Positions 19,304 to 27,753 are shown, counted from the first letter of the stretch. The stretch: DNA of 32,369 bases from Theionarchaea archaeon (GCA_018992565.1 JACVGW010000017.1:1-32369), one strand, 5' to 3'. The notes: generated by a model from the sequence alone, not told the origin. Program-made: numbers and translations.

Positions 19304-19319
19304 TTATAAATATACCGTC

Positions 19320-19343
19320 CGATATGTCAGGGCAAGCATAACG
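19320..19343. promoter_or_regulatory. Candidate ModE-like operator, box 2
   Basis: CGATATG-tcagggcaag-CATAACG, 40 bp from box 1, abutting the plus-strand TTTATAAA (19344-19351) and covering its BRE position. Confidence 0.6.
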
Positions 19344-19381
19344 TTTATAAAGACCTCCAACCATGACACCGTGGTGATCAT

Positions 19382-20179
19382 ATGAAAAACCTTGGAATAA
19401 TGTTCATCCTGTTGGTCCTTGTACTGGGATGTATTGGACAGGAAGAAGTGGTGACAGAACCCGAGCCAGAGTACACATTGGACGTGACAGGACTGGCTCA
19501 AGGGACGATTACTGTTGCCGACCTGAGGGAAACTCCTTCAGAGTTCACCGCTATCCTGGTGAAATCTACAGGTACTGAAATCGAAAATACATGGAAAGGG
19601 AGGCTTCTCACTGAATTACTGGCACAATACAATGTGAATCCCGAATACATTTCATTTGTGGCTGAAGATGGGTACATGATCACACTCCAAATGGAGGACC
19701 TGAAGAATGCATATCTGTGCTACGAGATGGACGGGAAGCAGCTCGCTCTGGAAGACGGAGGGCCTGTAAGACTTGTCATCACCGACCAACCGGGGAAGCT
19801 GTGGATGTCGTATCTCAAAGAGATCAAGCTGATAGGAAAGGAAAATGCATTGATTATCCATGGCAAGACCAAAGTAGTCCTCGCTCTGACAAAAGAGGAT
19901 TTTGCGCGTTTTGACAAGAAAACGATGGAAGCTGAATTCAAGGGAGAAATGAAAACCTATGAAGGCATTTCCTTAACGGTACTACTGAATCAGGCGCGAT
20001 ATGAAGATGATGCAACTAGCATCAAATTCGTAGCTAGCGATGGATACACCATTGAACTGGATTTCGCTGAGGTATACGGTAACGAGGACATTCTGGTGAC
20101 TGAAGACTTCACTCTCGTTATGCCTGGATATGAATCGAAGTACTGGATGAAAGGCCTGGCGGAGATAGAGGTATTATGA
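19382..20179 (+). CDS. Lipoprotein with two sulfite-oxidase-like (Oxidored_molyb) domains
   Basis: Lipobox LVLGC. Domain 1: LDVTG...WKG.LL..LL...FVAEDGY...DGGPVRLV..DQPGKLWMSYL.EI. Domain 2: YEGISL..LL...FVASDGY...LVMPG..SKYWMKGL.EIE. Confidence 0.75.
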   Translation: MKNLGIMFILLVLVLGCIGQEEVVTEPEPEYTLDVTGLAQGTITVADLRETPSEFTAILVKSTGTEIENTWKGRLLTELLAQYNVNPEYISFVAEDGYMITLQMEDLKNAYLCYEMDGKQLALEDGGPVRLVITDQPGKLWMSYLKEIKLIGKENALIIHGKTKVVLALTKEDFARFDKKTMEAEFKGEMKTYEGISLTVLLNQARYEDDATSIKFVASDGYTIELDFAEVYGNEDILVTEDFTLVMPGYESKYWMKGLAEIEVL

Positions 20180-20895
20180 AGAGACTCTTATTATTTCTTT
20201 TTTTGATTTTAGGTCTTGGATGTATCCATCAAGTGCCCTGGACCTTTCATGTCATAGACGATGGTGTGACTGAATATGCGCTGGATTCTATCGCATCAAA
20301 AGACATCTCAACGATTGAGGAGACACTTGTTGAGAAAGAGATTAAGAAAGTCACGTGGGAAGGTGTTCTGGCCAGGGAATTCGGCGAGGGTGACACTATC
20401 AACTTTATTTCGCAGGACGGATATCTAGTCAGTATCCCATATAACGTGGATGTGATACTGGCATTCAGGAAAGAAGGAAATCCCATTGGGGAAGAAGATG
20501 GTGGACCCTTGAAGATTATCGTGGATCCCACCTATGGCTGCAAATGCAACTGGCTCAAGTATCTGAGAATTGTGGAATTCGTAGACAAAGAAGACTCTTT
20601 TTCAGTCTACGGGGATGTGTTCAACTTGCTGACCTTTTCCCCGCGGGACTTAAACTTGCACTACGGGCTGGAAGATGTCCTGGCTAATACCTCCAATGAG
20701 GTCCCTCTGGTATTTGTGCTGGACAAGGCCATAACCAAGGAAAACGCTACCACAATAACGTTTGTCACAGAAGATGGACGTTATACATACACGCTGCAAG
20801 AAATAAGAGACATGAATCCCACTCTGATTTATGACAATGGATTCTGTATCATAGAACTGGGAATAGTGAACTTGAAGGGAATCAAGATCGAATAA
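20176..20895 (+). CDS. Lipoprotein with sulfite-oxidase-like domains (second domain degenerate)
   Basis: Lipobox LGLGC, then WEGV...FISQDGY...DGGPLKIIV...YGCKCNWLKYL. Second repeat VYGDV...VPL..VL...FVTEDG. ATGA overlap with the upstream gene. Confidence 0.7.
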   Translation: MKRLLLFLFLILGLGCIHQVPWTFHVIDDGVTEYALDSIASKDISTIEETLVEKEIKKVTWEGVLAREFGEGDTINFISQDGYLVSIPYNVDVILAFRKEGNPIGEEDGGPLKIIVDPTYGCKCNWLKYLRIVEFVDKEDSFSVYGDVFNLLTFSPRDLNLHYGLEDVLANTSNEVPLVFVLDKAITKENATTITFVTEDGRYTYTLQEIRDMNPTLIYDNGFCIIELGIVNLKGIKIE

Positions 20896-21222
20896 AAACT
20901 GAGAATATGTTCGTAGTAATCTGAAAATGCTGTCATATTGTGATGGATTCACTGCTGTTTAGTTTATCATGGGACTGTAAGGCTGTCTTTACTTTTATGG
21001 CACGTAATTTGCTTGTTCTCTGTTGAAAGAAGAGATTTGCACGCTCTTATGGAGATTATCAGAGAATAACTCTGTACAGACCGTTTTCAGCAGATGGCTT
21101 TCTCTCCCACAAGAGAATGGTGTGTGAGGGTTGGTCCTGTCCAGAACCCGTGAGTAGTGCATCAGGTTGATCCAGCATCTGAACCTTTTTATATGTTCAC
21201 GAGGAAGCTCCATTGTGATTTC

Positions 21223-21942
21223 ATGATACTGAAAGAAGTATCCTGGTTGGACATAAAACCTGCAATAACAGAAGACGCTGTAGCAGTTATTCCTGTTGGA
21301 TCTACAGAACAGCACGGACCACAAAACCCTTTGGGGACAGATCATATGATTGCAGAACGCCTGGCTGCAGGAGTAAGAGAAGAAGCCATCATCACTCCCA
21401 CCGTTCCTGTGGGATACTCAGAACACCACAGACAGTTCCCTGGTACCTTGTGGGTTTCTCCCCATGTGCTTCAAGAGTATGTTTTAGGAATCTGCCAATC
21501 GCTGCAATACCACGGAATAAGGAAAATACTCATTGTCAATGGGCATGGCGGAAATACATTTCCCTTGCTGAGAGCAGCCATGAAGATGAGAGAACAGGGA
21601 GTCTTTGTAGGGCTACATGAGTGGTGGAAAGCCTGCAAAGAAGAAGATGCCCATGCGGGTTCTGGTGAAACATCATTAAACTTGTTTCTCTATGAACATC
21701 TGGTGCACATGGACAGGGCAAAAGACAATACAGCTGGATGGTCGCCTCCTCTCCATGGAACCATAATCTGGTATGATACTATTGATTTTTCTGATGATGG
21801 AACAGTGGGGAGTCCCACCAGAGCCACCAGAGGGAAGGGAGAGGTGCTGTACAGGGACGCTGTTAATCAGCTTAAGCAGACCATAGCCTACATGAAGGAA
21901 ACACCCCTGAAAGATTTGCTGTGCAAGGAGAGAGTGATGTGA
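21223..21942 (+). CDS. Creatininase-family amidohydrolase
   Basis: IPVGSTEQHGP..PLGTD, GYSEHH..FPGT, NGHGGN and HAG..ETS. ATG 21223 lies about 28 bp after TTTTATAT. Confidence 0.9.
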   Translation: MILKEVSWLDIKPAITEDAVAVIPVGSTEQHGPQNPLGTDHMIAERLAAGVREEAIITPTVPVGYSEHHRQFPGTLWVSPHVLQEYVLGICQSLQYHGIRKILIVNGHGGNTFPLLRAAMKMREQGVFVGLHEWWKACKEEDAHAGSGETSLNLFLYEHLVHMDRAKDNTAGWSPPLHGTIIWYDTIDFSDDGTVGSPTRATRGKGEVLYRDAVNQLKQTIAYMKETPLKDLLCKERVM

Positions 21943-22673
21943 CTGTGAGAATACTGGCTTTATCTGACTTTCATGGAGCTACTCATGTCCTGGATATGCT
22001 GATGGCCAGAATTGATCTGATTTCTCCTGATGTCATCGCATTCTCAGGGGACATTGTCAAAGGGCATAGCCGCGGAGACGAATGGCTCCAGGCACATGAC
22101 GAAGGAAGAACTCCTGAAGTGACAGAGGACATAAAAAACGAAGAGAAGGAAGATCTTCAATTTTATCAAGCTTTTTTCTCATTCCTGGACACGGTCAAGA
22201 TACCTTCTTTTGTGGTTCCGGGGAATATGGATGCTCCAGAAAGCCGCTTTCTCCAGGCGTGTCCTCAATCCAGACTGGTGCACCAAACCATGGTGAGAAC
22301 TCCTGTCAGCATTGCTGGCTTTGGAGGTGAGCTCACAGAAGAGCAGGAAGAAACAACATTTGTGCTCCAGTATTCCAGGGAGAGAGCCATAGAAGCCATG
22401 AAGCCATTTTCTGGCAAAGAAATCAGTATTCTCATTACCCATTCTCCACCCATATCTTCTCTCAGCAATGAAGATGGCCAGGAGAAAGGATCTGACGTTG
22501 TGAATTACCTGGTGGATCTTCTCCGCCCAGAGTATTTGGTCTGTGGGCATGCTCACAGCGCTCAGAGTTCAGAATGGATTAAGACAACGCTTGCAGTGAA
22601 TCCGGGGGCTGCGAAGTATGGTAATTATGCTGTAATAGAGGGGGATTCAGTGGAGTTCGGAAGGCTGGTTTAA
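21939..22673 (+). CDS. Icc-like metallophosphoesterase
   Basis: LSDFHG, SGDIV, VPGNMD, THSPP, CGHAH and VNPG. GTG 21939 overlaps the upstream TGA. Confidence 0.85.
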   Translation: MTVRILALSDFHGATHVLDMLMARIDLISPDVIAFSGDIVKGHSRGDEWLQAHDEGRTPEVTEDIKNEEKEDLQFYQAFFSFLDTVKIPSFVVPGNMDAPESRFLQACPQSRLVHQTMVRTPVSIAGFGGELTEEQEETTFVLQYSRERAIEAMKPFSGKEISILITHSPPISSLSNEDGQEKGSDVVNYLVDLLRPEYLVCGHAHSAQSSEWIKTTLAVNPGAAKYGNYAVIEGDSVEFGRLV

Positions 22674-23599
22674 GTTCTCCTTTGAGGGGCATAGGATCGC
22701 ATAGTGCATTCTCTGCAGGTACAGAGCCGAGGGCGACCTGCTCTTATCTTGTAACACCCTGCTTGTGATGCCAGTTCTTTGAAATAGGTGATACCCTCCT
22801 TCTCACCAGGGATATCTGGCATTCCTGCCCAGTCCACCTTACGAAGTCCACAGTCTCGTGCAGCGTCTACTACTGATTCCATCTCTTGTGTGCTACTTCC
22901 TCGTGCTCTCTCCAGTACAAAATTAGGCCTGAACGCCAGAAAAGACACAGGGGCATCTTCAGAGAGGTTTGCCAGGAATCGAGCAATGTTGACAGCTTCC
23001 CCCATCAGTCCCGGCATCACCAACACTCGAAACTCATACACCTTTTCCATAGCATGTTCTACAAGGTATTCCACATTCCGCAGGACAGGACCCACCCGCG
23101 CACCTGTCAAGAGGATGTGTACCTCATCGGTAAAGGCCTTGATGTCGAACGTGATCGAGTCTGAAAACGTGAGTATTCTCTCCAGCGAGGCTTCTGTCAT
23201 GAATCCATTTGTATCGAAGTTCACCTTTGCGTTGACAGATAGAGCCGCTGCTTCTACCCAGGGTAGAGAACACGTGGGCTCACCTCCCGTGAAAAACAGC
23301 CGGTCTGCCCCAATCTGCCTTCCCTCTATGGAATTCAAGGCAGCTACTCCCATTTCTGCCCACTCTTCAGGAGGTATGTACTTCCCTCTTTCCTGCAACA
23401 TGGAGAGAGGATAGTTCTGGCAGCCCAGACAGATGAAATTGCATCCTTCCATGAAGGCGTCGAAACTCGCTGGAGGCGCTGGATGCAACATGGAGACCAC
23501 TACTCGGGGTATTCCGATGCCACATATTCCAGTCTCACCAGATATCCTGTTGACCTTGCATCGCCATTCACATAACTGGCAGGACTCCAGTTCTTTCAT
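22670..23599 (-). CDS. Radical SAM protein (PflX/activating-enzyme-like)
   Basis: CNFICLGCQN (CxxxCxxC), FTGGEP, DTNG and FDIKA. Extra N-terminal CQLCEWRC..CG and C-terminal CTCREC motifs. Confidence 0.88.
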   Translation of the reverse strand: MKELESCQLCEWRCKVNRISGETGICGIGIPRVVVSMLHPAPPASFDAFMEGCNFICLGCQNYPLSMLQERGKYIPPEEWAEMGVAALNSIEGRQIGADRLFFTGGEPTCSLPWVEAAALSVNAKVNFDTNGFMTEASLERILTFSDSITFDIKAFTDEVHILLTGARVGPVLRNVEYLVEHAMEKVYEFRVLVMPGLMGEAVNIARFLANLSEDAPVSFLAFRPNFVLERARGSSTQEMESVVDAARDCGLRKVDWAGMPDIPGEKEGITYFKELASQAGCYKIRAGRPRLCTCRECTMRSYAPQRRT

Positions 23600-24006
23600 A
23601 GATCCAGCAGGAAGAGCCCTGTATCCTCATCCAGTGCTCTGCTCAAGCCCGGGACATTCGCTATGAATATCTCCAGCGTGGCAGATGCCTCAGCACTGAA
23701 TACATGACCGCCCTTGCAGTTACCATCCTTATCTCCTATAACTGCATGCAAGTGTACAACAAGATCACCGTCTTTTTCTGCAATGTTGCCCATGCATGAC
23801 ACCACTTCTCCCCTGCATTCAACCTGCAGGTAGTGCTTCCTCTCCATGTCAAAGTATCCTAGGATGGCCTTCTGAACAGCGCCGATGGCCTGCAGTGTGC
23901 CAGATGAAACCTTCTCCCTGATGCATACTTCCTTTACAGACTCAATGAGTTCTTCTCCCTTGAACAGGCGCATGACGATAGTATTCTCTTTTTTTGAATA
24001 TCGCAT
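23596..24006 (-). CDS. PPC/DUF296 domain protein
   Basis: RL.KGEELIES, AIGAV, EVVSCMGNI, HLHAVIG and GGH. Confidence 0.9.
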   Translation of the reverse strand: MRYSKKENTIVMRLFKGEELIESVKEVCIREKVSSGTLQAIGAVQKAILGYFDMERKHYLQVECRGEVVSCMGNIAEKDGDLVVHLHAVIGDKDGNCKGGHVFSAEASATLEIFIANVPGLSRALDEDTGLFLLDL

Positions 24007-24024
24007 ATGTATTCACCTACATGT

Positions 24025-24040
24025 AAAAGAAAAAAAAGAA
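24025..24040 (-). terminator. Oligo-T archaeal terminator after hsp20
   Basis: T-rich tract on the minus strand immediately after the hsp20 stop codon. Confidence 0.55.
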
Positions 24041-24041
24041 T

Positions 24042-24494
24042 TTACTCTATAGAAATCTCTTTCTTCTTCTCCTTCTCAGCTTTAGGCATTCTCACTTCAA
24101 GGACTCCATTCTTGTAGCCTGCGCTGACCTTGTCTGGATCAATGACAGCTGGAAGAGGAATTCTCCTGTAAAACCCTGAAAATTTCTTTCTGTGGGACTT
24201 GAATCCTTCTTTTTCCTCTTTAGATTCCTCTTTCATCTCGGCCTTAATTTCAAGGCTGTTTTTTGTCAAGTTCAGCGAAATATCTTCTTTCTTAATGCCG
24301 GGCAATTCCACAGTGGCAATAACAGCATCATCTGTTTCCTGAATATCTGTTATTGCGGTTCGCATTGCAGGCAGTCTCTCCCCAGGAACGGGAAGCAGTC
24401 GCTCTCCCGAATAGAATCTCTCATTGAATTCATTGAATAGTCGATCCATCTCTTCTCTCAACTTCCTCATTTCATCAAAAAAGTCTCCTGCCAA
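24042..24494 (-). CDS. hsp20: Small heat shock protein (Hsp20/alpha-crystallin)
   Basis: DIQETDD....VELPGIKKEDI, FYRRIPLP, A.YKNGVLEV.MPK and C-terminal ISI. TTG start with a GAGGTG RBS. Confidence 0.93.
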   Translation of the reverse strand: MAGDFFDEMRKLREEMDRLFNEFNERFYSGERLLPVPGERLPAMRTAITDIQETDDAVIATVELPGIKKEDISLNLTKNSLEIKAEMKEESKEEKEGFKSHRKKFSGFYRRIPLPAVIDPDKVSAGYKNGVLEVRMPKAEKEKKKEISIE

Positions 24495-24638
24495 AGTAAC
24501 ACCTCTATGTTAAAATAAGGTTTATGAATTTAAATACATTGCCCTTATCATGTATGTTTCCAGCTATAGTGTATCCCTATAGGTTAGCCAGGTTATAACG
24601 CCAATTCGTTAAAGAAAAAAGTGATAGGAGGTGCTCTT

Positions 24639-24689
24639 TTGACTATTGAGATGATTATTCACGGTACGCGGGCCCCCGTAAATTCTTAA
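24639..24689 (+). CDS. Candidate 16-aa small ORF (MTIEMIIHGTRAPVNS)
   Basis: GGAGGTG Shine-Dalgarno at 24627-24633 ahead of TTG, and TTATAA at 24593-24598. No recognisable homology. Confidence 0.3.
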   Translation: MTIEMIIHGTRAPVNS

Positions 24690-24817
24690 GCTCCTTCTGC
24701 TCTCTCCGTGAATACGCAGCTCATTCCCACCGTGAGCTAGTGACTGCTGGAATGCCAACCCCACAATGTTCTGCAGGACATGCTAACCTTTTTTAAGATA
24801 AACAGCCAGCTCCTCCG

Positions 24818-25660
24818 ATGTCATTCATGTGGGTTCCTCTTGTGACTCTCACCGTATTCTTGTACGGAGCTGGTCAGATATTCACCAAGAAAGGCACGTC
24901 CCGGTTAGGTTCGGGAGGAATGCTTCTTCTGCTTTCAATTACAATGGTGATTATCTACGGAGGTACGTGGATCTTGTTTGGTGTCAAGATTCCATTACAT
25001 GCCCATGAACTCATTTACTGCGTTTGTGCAGCATCTTTGTCATCAATTGGATATATTTTCTTCTATGAAGCTGTAGAAAGGCAAAAAATCTCCATAGTGG
25101 GAGTTGTTACTGCATCCTACCCTCTTATTACAGTGATCCTGGCTGTTCACGTTCTTCATGAACCTCTGACCACAATACAGATTGCTGCTGTCATCCTGAT
25201 TATTGCAGGTGTGTCTTTGTTATCCTACGAACCTCAGAAGGAAACCCCAGGCCATACCTGGCTGCTCATGGCAACGCTCTGTTTTATCATGTGGGGGTTG
25301 AGCTCTCTGGTGGCCAAGATTTCCATTACTCTGACAGGACCTCTGACGTACGCTGGGATTTATGCAGTTGTGGGCCCTACCATCTGGATTCCTTACTGGT
25401 GGTTGAAGAGTGGCAGGCTTCATTCTCTCTCATTTGACAGTAATGCCGAAATCAGTGTCATCTTCTTCTGCTTTGGAAGCCTTCTCTTTTACGCTGCTAT
25501 TAGCTACGGGTACGTCTCCATCGTGACAGCTTTTTCAAACCTTTACCCATTTGTCACCCTGGTACTGGCGAGATTCCTCATGTCTGAACTACTGTACCCA
25601 CACCACTATTGTGCTGCAGTATTGACACTTCTGGGTATCGTTTTTCTTGCCCTTTTTTAG
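24818..25660 (+). CDS. EamA/DMT-family transporter
   Basis: About 10 TM segments in two repeats (SIVGVVTASYPLITVILA..VLHE and SIVTAFSNLYPFVTLVLA...SE). Confidence 0.9.
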   Translation: MSFMWVPLVTLTVFLYGAGQIFTKKGTSRLGSGGMLLLLSITMVIIYGGTWILFGVKIPLHAHELIYCVCAASLSSIGYIFFYEAVERQKISIVGVVTASYPLITVILAVHVLHEPLTTIQIAAVILIIAGVSLLSYEPQKETPGHTWLLMATLCFIMWGLSSLVAKISITLTGPLTYAGIYAVVGPTIWIPYWWLKSGRLHSLSFDSNAEISVIFFCFGSLLFYAAISYGYVSIVTAFSNLYPFVTLVLARFLMSELLYPHHYCAAVLTLLGIVFLALF

Positions 25661-25812
25661 GATTTCCACCATACATCCATGGCACGACTGCTAATATTTA
25701 TTACTGCAGGTAATATTTCTTTACAAAAGAAAAGTAGATATCCTGGCACAGTGCACCATCTGGCAAAAGAAAGGTTTATTAGGTAAATGTCTTCATATTC
25801 TACGGTGATCGC

Positions 25813-26850
25813 ATGAATATTCATTTCATGGAATTTCCCCGGGAGGTACTCCTGGGAAAGAACATTCTCTCTAGGGTGGGTGAAATAATCAACAGGTTTG
25901 GATTTCATGCTCCTCTTATCATTTCTGGCCCTCTAACCTATAAGATTGCTGCATCCAGGATAGAAAAGGAAATACAGGCAGATGTTCTCACTATTGAGCA
26001 GGTAACGCTCTCCGAGGTAGAAAGAATCCAGCAGGAGATTAGGGAGACTCACAATGACGTGGTTATCGGAGCAGGCGGCGGAAAGATTATGGATGCCTCC
26101 AAACTCGCTGCCTCCTGGGCAGATATCCCCTGGATCAGTGTTCCGACCTCCTCATCCAACGACAGCCTGAGCAGCCAGGCTCTTTCCTTCCTGTTATCCA
26201 AAGAAGCAGAAGAAGAAGGAAAGTCCAGCCACGCCCATGCTCCCTTATGCATCGTCATTGACATGGCTATTGTGGAAAAAGCACCTCGCAGAATGCTTAT
26301 TGCCGGGTGCAGTGATCTCATCTCCAATTATACAGCGGTAAGAGACTGGGAGCTGGCTCACCGTCTCAAGGGTGAGTATTACAGCGACTATGCTGCAGCC
26401 CTGTCAATGATGAGTGCGAAACTGGTAATTGAGAATGCGCGCACCGTAAAGGAGGACCCCGATGAGGGGGCGCGTCTCGTTCTCAAGGGATTGGTATCTT
26501 CAGGAGTTGCCATGAGTATTGCAGGGAGTTCTCGTCCTGCCTCTGGATCAGAACATCTTTTCTCGCATGCCCTTGATCTTCTTGGTTCTAAAGCTCTTCA
26601 CGGGGAACAATGTGGTGCAGGAGCCATTATGATGATGTATCTGCACAACGCAGACTGGAAATCAGTGCGAGATGTTTTGAAATACATAGGAGCTCCCACA
26701 ACAGGAGCAGAACTGGGAGTCGATGCAGATACTGTTGTAAAAGCTCTTACCATGTGCCACAAGCTTCGTGATCGATATACTATCCTGGGAGAAAAAGGAA
26801 TAACCAGGAAAGCGGCCAAAGCGCTGGCTGAAACCACAGGTGTCATTTAG
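25813..26850 (+). CDS. egsA: sn-glycerol-1-phosphate dehydrogenase
   Basis: PREVLLG, GAGGGKIMD..K, SVPT, DLISNYTAVRDWELA, AGSSRPASGSEHLFSHALD, LHGEQCG and RDRYTILG. Confidence 0.93.
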   Translation: MNIHFMEFPREVLLGKNILSRVGEIINRFGFHAPLIISGPLTYKIAASRIEKEIQADVLTIEQVTLSEVERIQQEIRETHNDVVIGAGGGKIMDASKLAASWADIPWISVPTSSSNDSLSSQALSFLLSKEAEEEGKSSHAHAPLCIVIDMAIVEKAPRRMLIAGCSDLISNYTAVRDWELAHRLKGEYYSDYAAALSMMSAKLVIENARTVKEDPDEGARLVLKGLVSSGVAMSIAGSSRPASGSEHLFSHALDLLGSKALHGEQCGAGAIMMMYLHNADWKSVRDVLKYIGAPTTGAELGVDADTVVKALTMCHKLRDRYTILGEKGITRKAAKALAETTGVI

Positions 26851-27267
26851 ATGATTACTCTCGTTCCTTCCACCATTGCACGAAAGGGTTACACATTCAT
26901 TCACCAGGGAGAGACTCCCAAGGAATGTAAGAAATGTCGTCTGAAGAACACCTGCATTGAGAACCTGGAAAAAGGGAGGAGATATACAATCATGGAGATC
27001 AAGAATATCCAGCATGCATGCAATCTGGGGGGAACTGTTACTGTGGTGGAAGTCAGTGAGCCGGAGATTGTTCTGTTCATTGAATCAAAACTTGCTTTTG
27101 AAGGAATGAGTGTGGTGTACAACCCCGAATGCACAGGCTGTGAACTTGGAGACGCCTGTATGCCTGTTGGTCTGAAGAAAGGTGACAAGATTCAGATAAT
27201 GGAAGTCCTGAAAGAAGCTCCCTGTAAGAGAAAGAAGATGAACCAAGTTGCAGTGAAGAGACTATAA
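26851..27267 (+). CDS. UPF0179-family protein
   Basis: MITLV...AR.G..F, ECKKCRLKNTC.ENLE.GRRY.I and C..C...C.P.GL..GDK. Confidence 0.85.
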   Translation: MITLVPSTIARKGYTFIHQGETPKECKKCRLKNTCIENLEKGRRYTIMEIKNIQHACNLGGTVTVVEVSEPEIVLFIESKLAFEGMSVVYNPECTGCELGDACMPVGLKKGDKIQIMEVLKEAPCKRKKMNQVAVKRL

Positions 27268-27315
27268 TCCAGGAATTCCCGTGATGGTTGCGGTTTGCGG
27301 TTCAAATGAGATGTA

Positions 27316-27753
27316 TCATCCCTTTATTCTCTCATTTCTGGTATTGTTCCAGCGATACAACCCAGCATACACATACAATGATGCGACAAATCCTGCAGCA
27401 AGCCCAGTGGCCAATCGCAGGATGTTGTTGCTCTCCCTGAAAAGGAGCTGAGTCCCTCCATCCAGCACCAGTGGAAAAACGGCTGCCATCAGCACCCACC
27501 TCGGAGGAGAGGTCCCGGAAGCCACCGAACTTCCTATGAGAGCACCCAGATATATGCCTGTACACCGAGCGCACACTGGAAGCTGATGACCTGCAATATG
27601 GAAGGACCTTTGAGGGAGTTGATGGCAAACTGGGGAGAAAAATAGATACATGAATGCAGAGAATGCAGGGAACCTATCTCTCATTAGTGGTGTCAACACG
27701 ATAACCAGGCACCAAACACCAACTGCTGCCAGCACCTTACTTCTTAACCTCAT
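27316..27753 (-). CDS. DUF2085-family membrane protein
   Basis: VCHQLPQRSF...G.QLPVCARCTGIYLG, LDGGTQL and SNNILRLATG. Start at ATG 27753. Confidence 0.88.
   Translation of the reverse strand: MRLRSKVLAAVGVWCLVIVLTPLMRDRFPAFSAFMYLFFSPVCHQLPQRSFHIAGHQLPVCARCTGIYLGALIGSSVASGTSPPRWVLMAAVFPLVLDGGTQLLFRESNNILRLATGLAAGFVASLYVYAGLYRWNNTRNERIKG

Noticed and set aside
20896..21222. 327-bp gap as a possible pseudogene or ncRNA
   Set aside because: I found only very short ORFs and no convincing stem, tRNA or riboswitch motif by eye.
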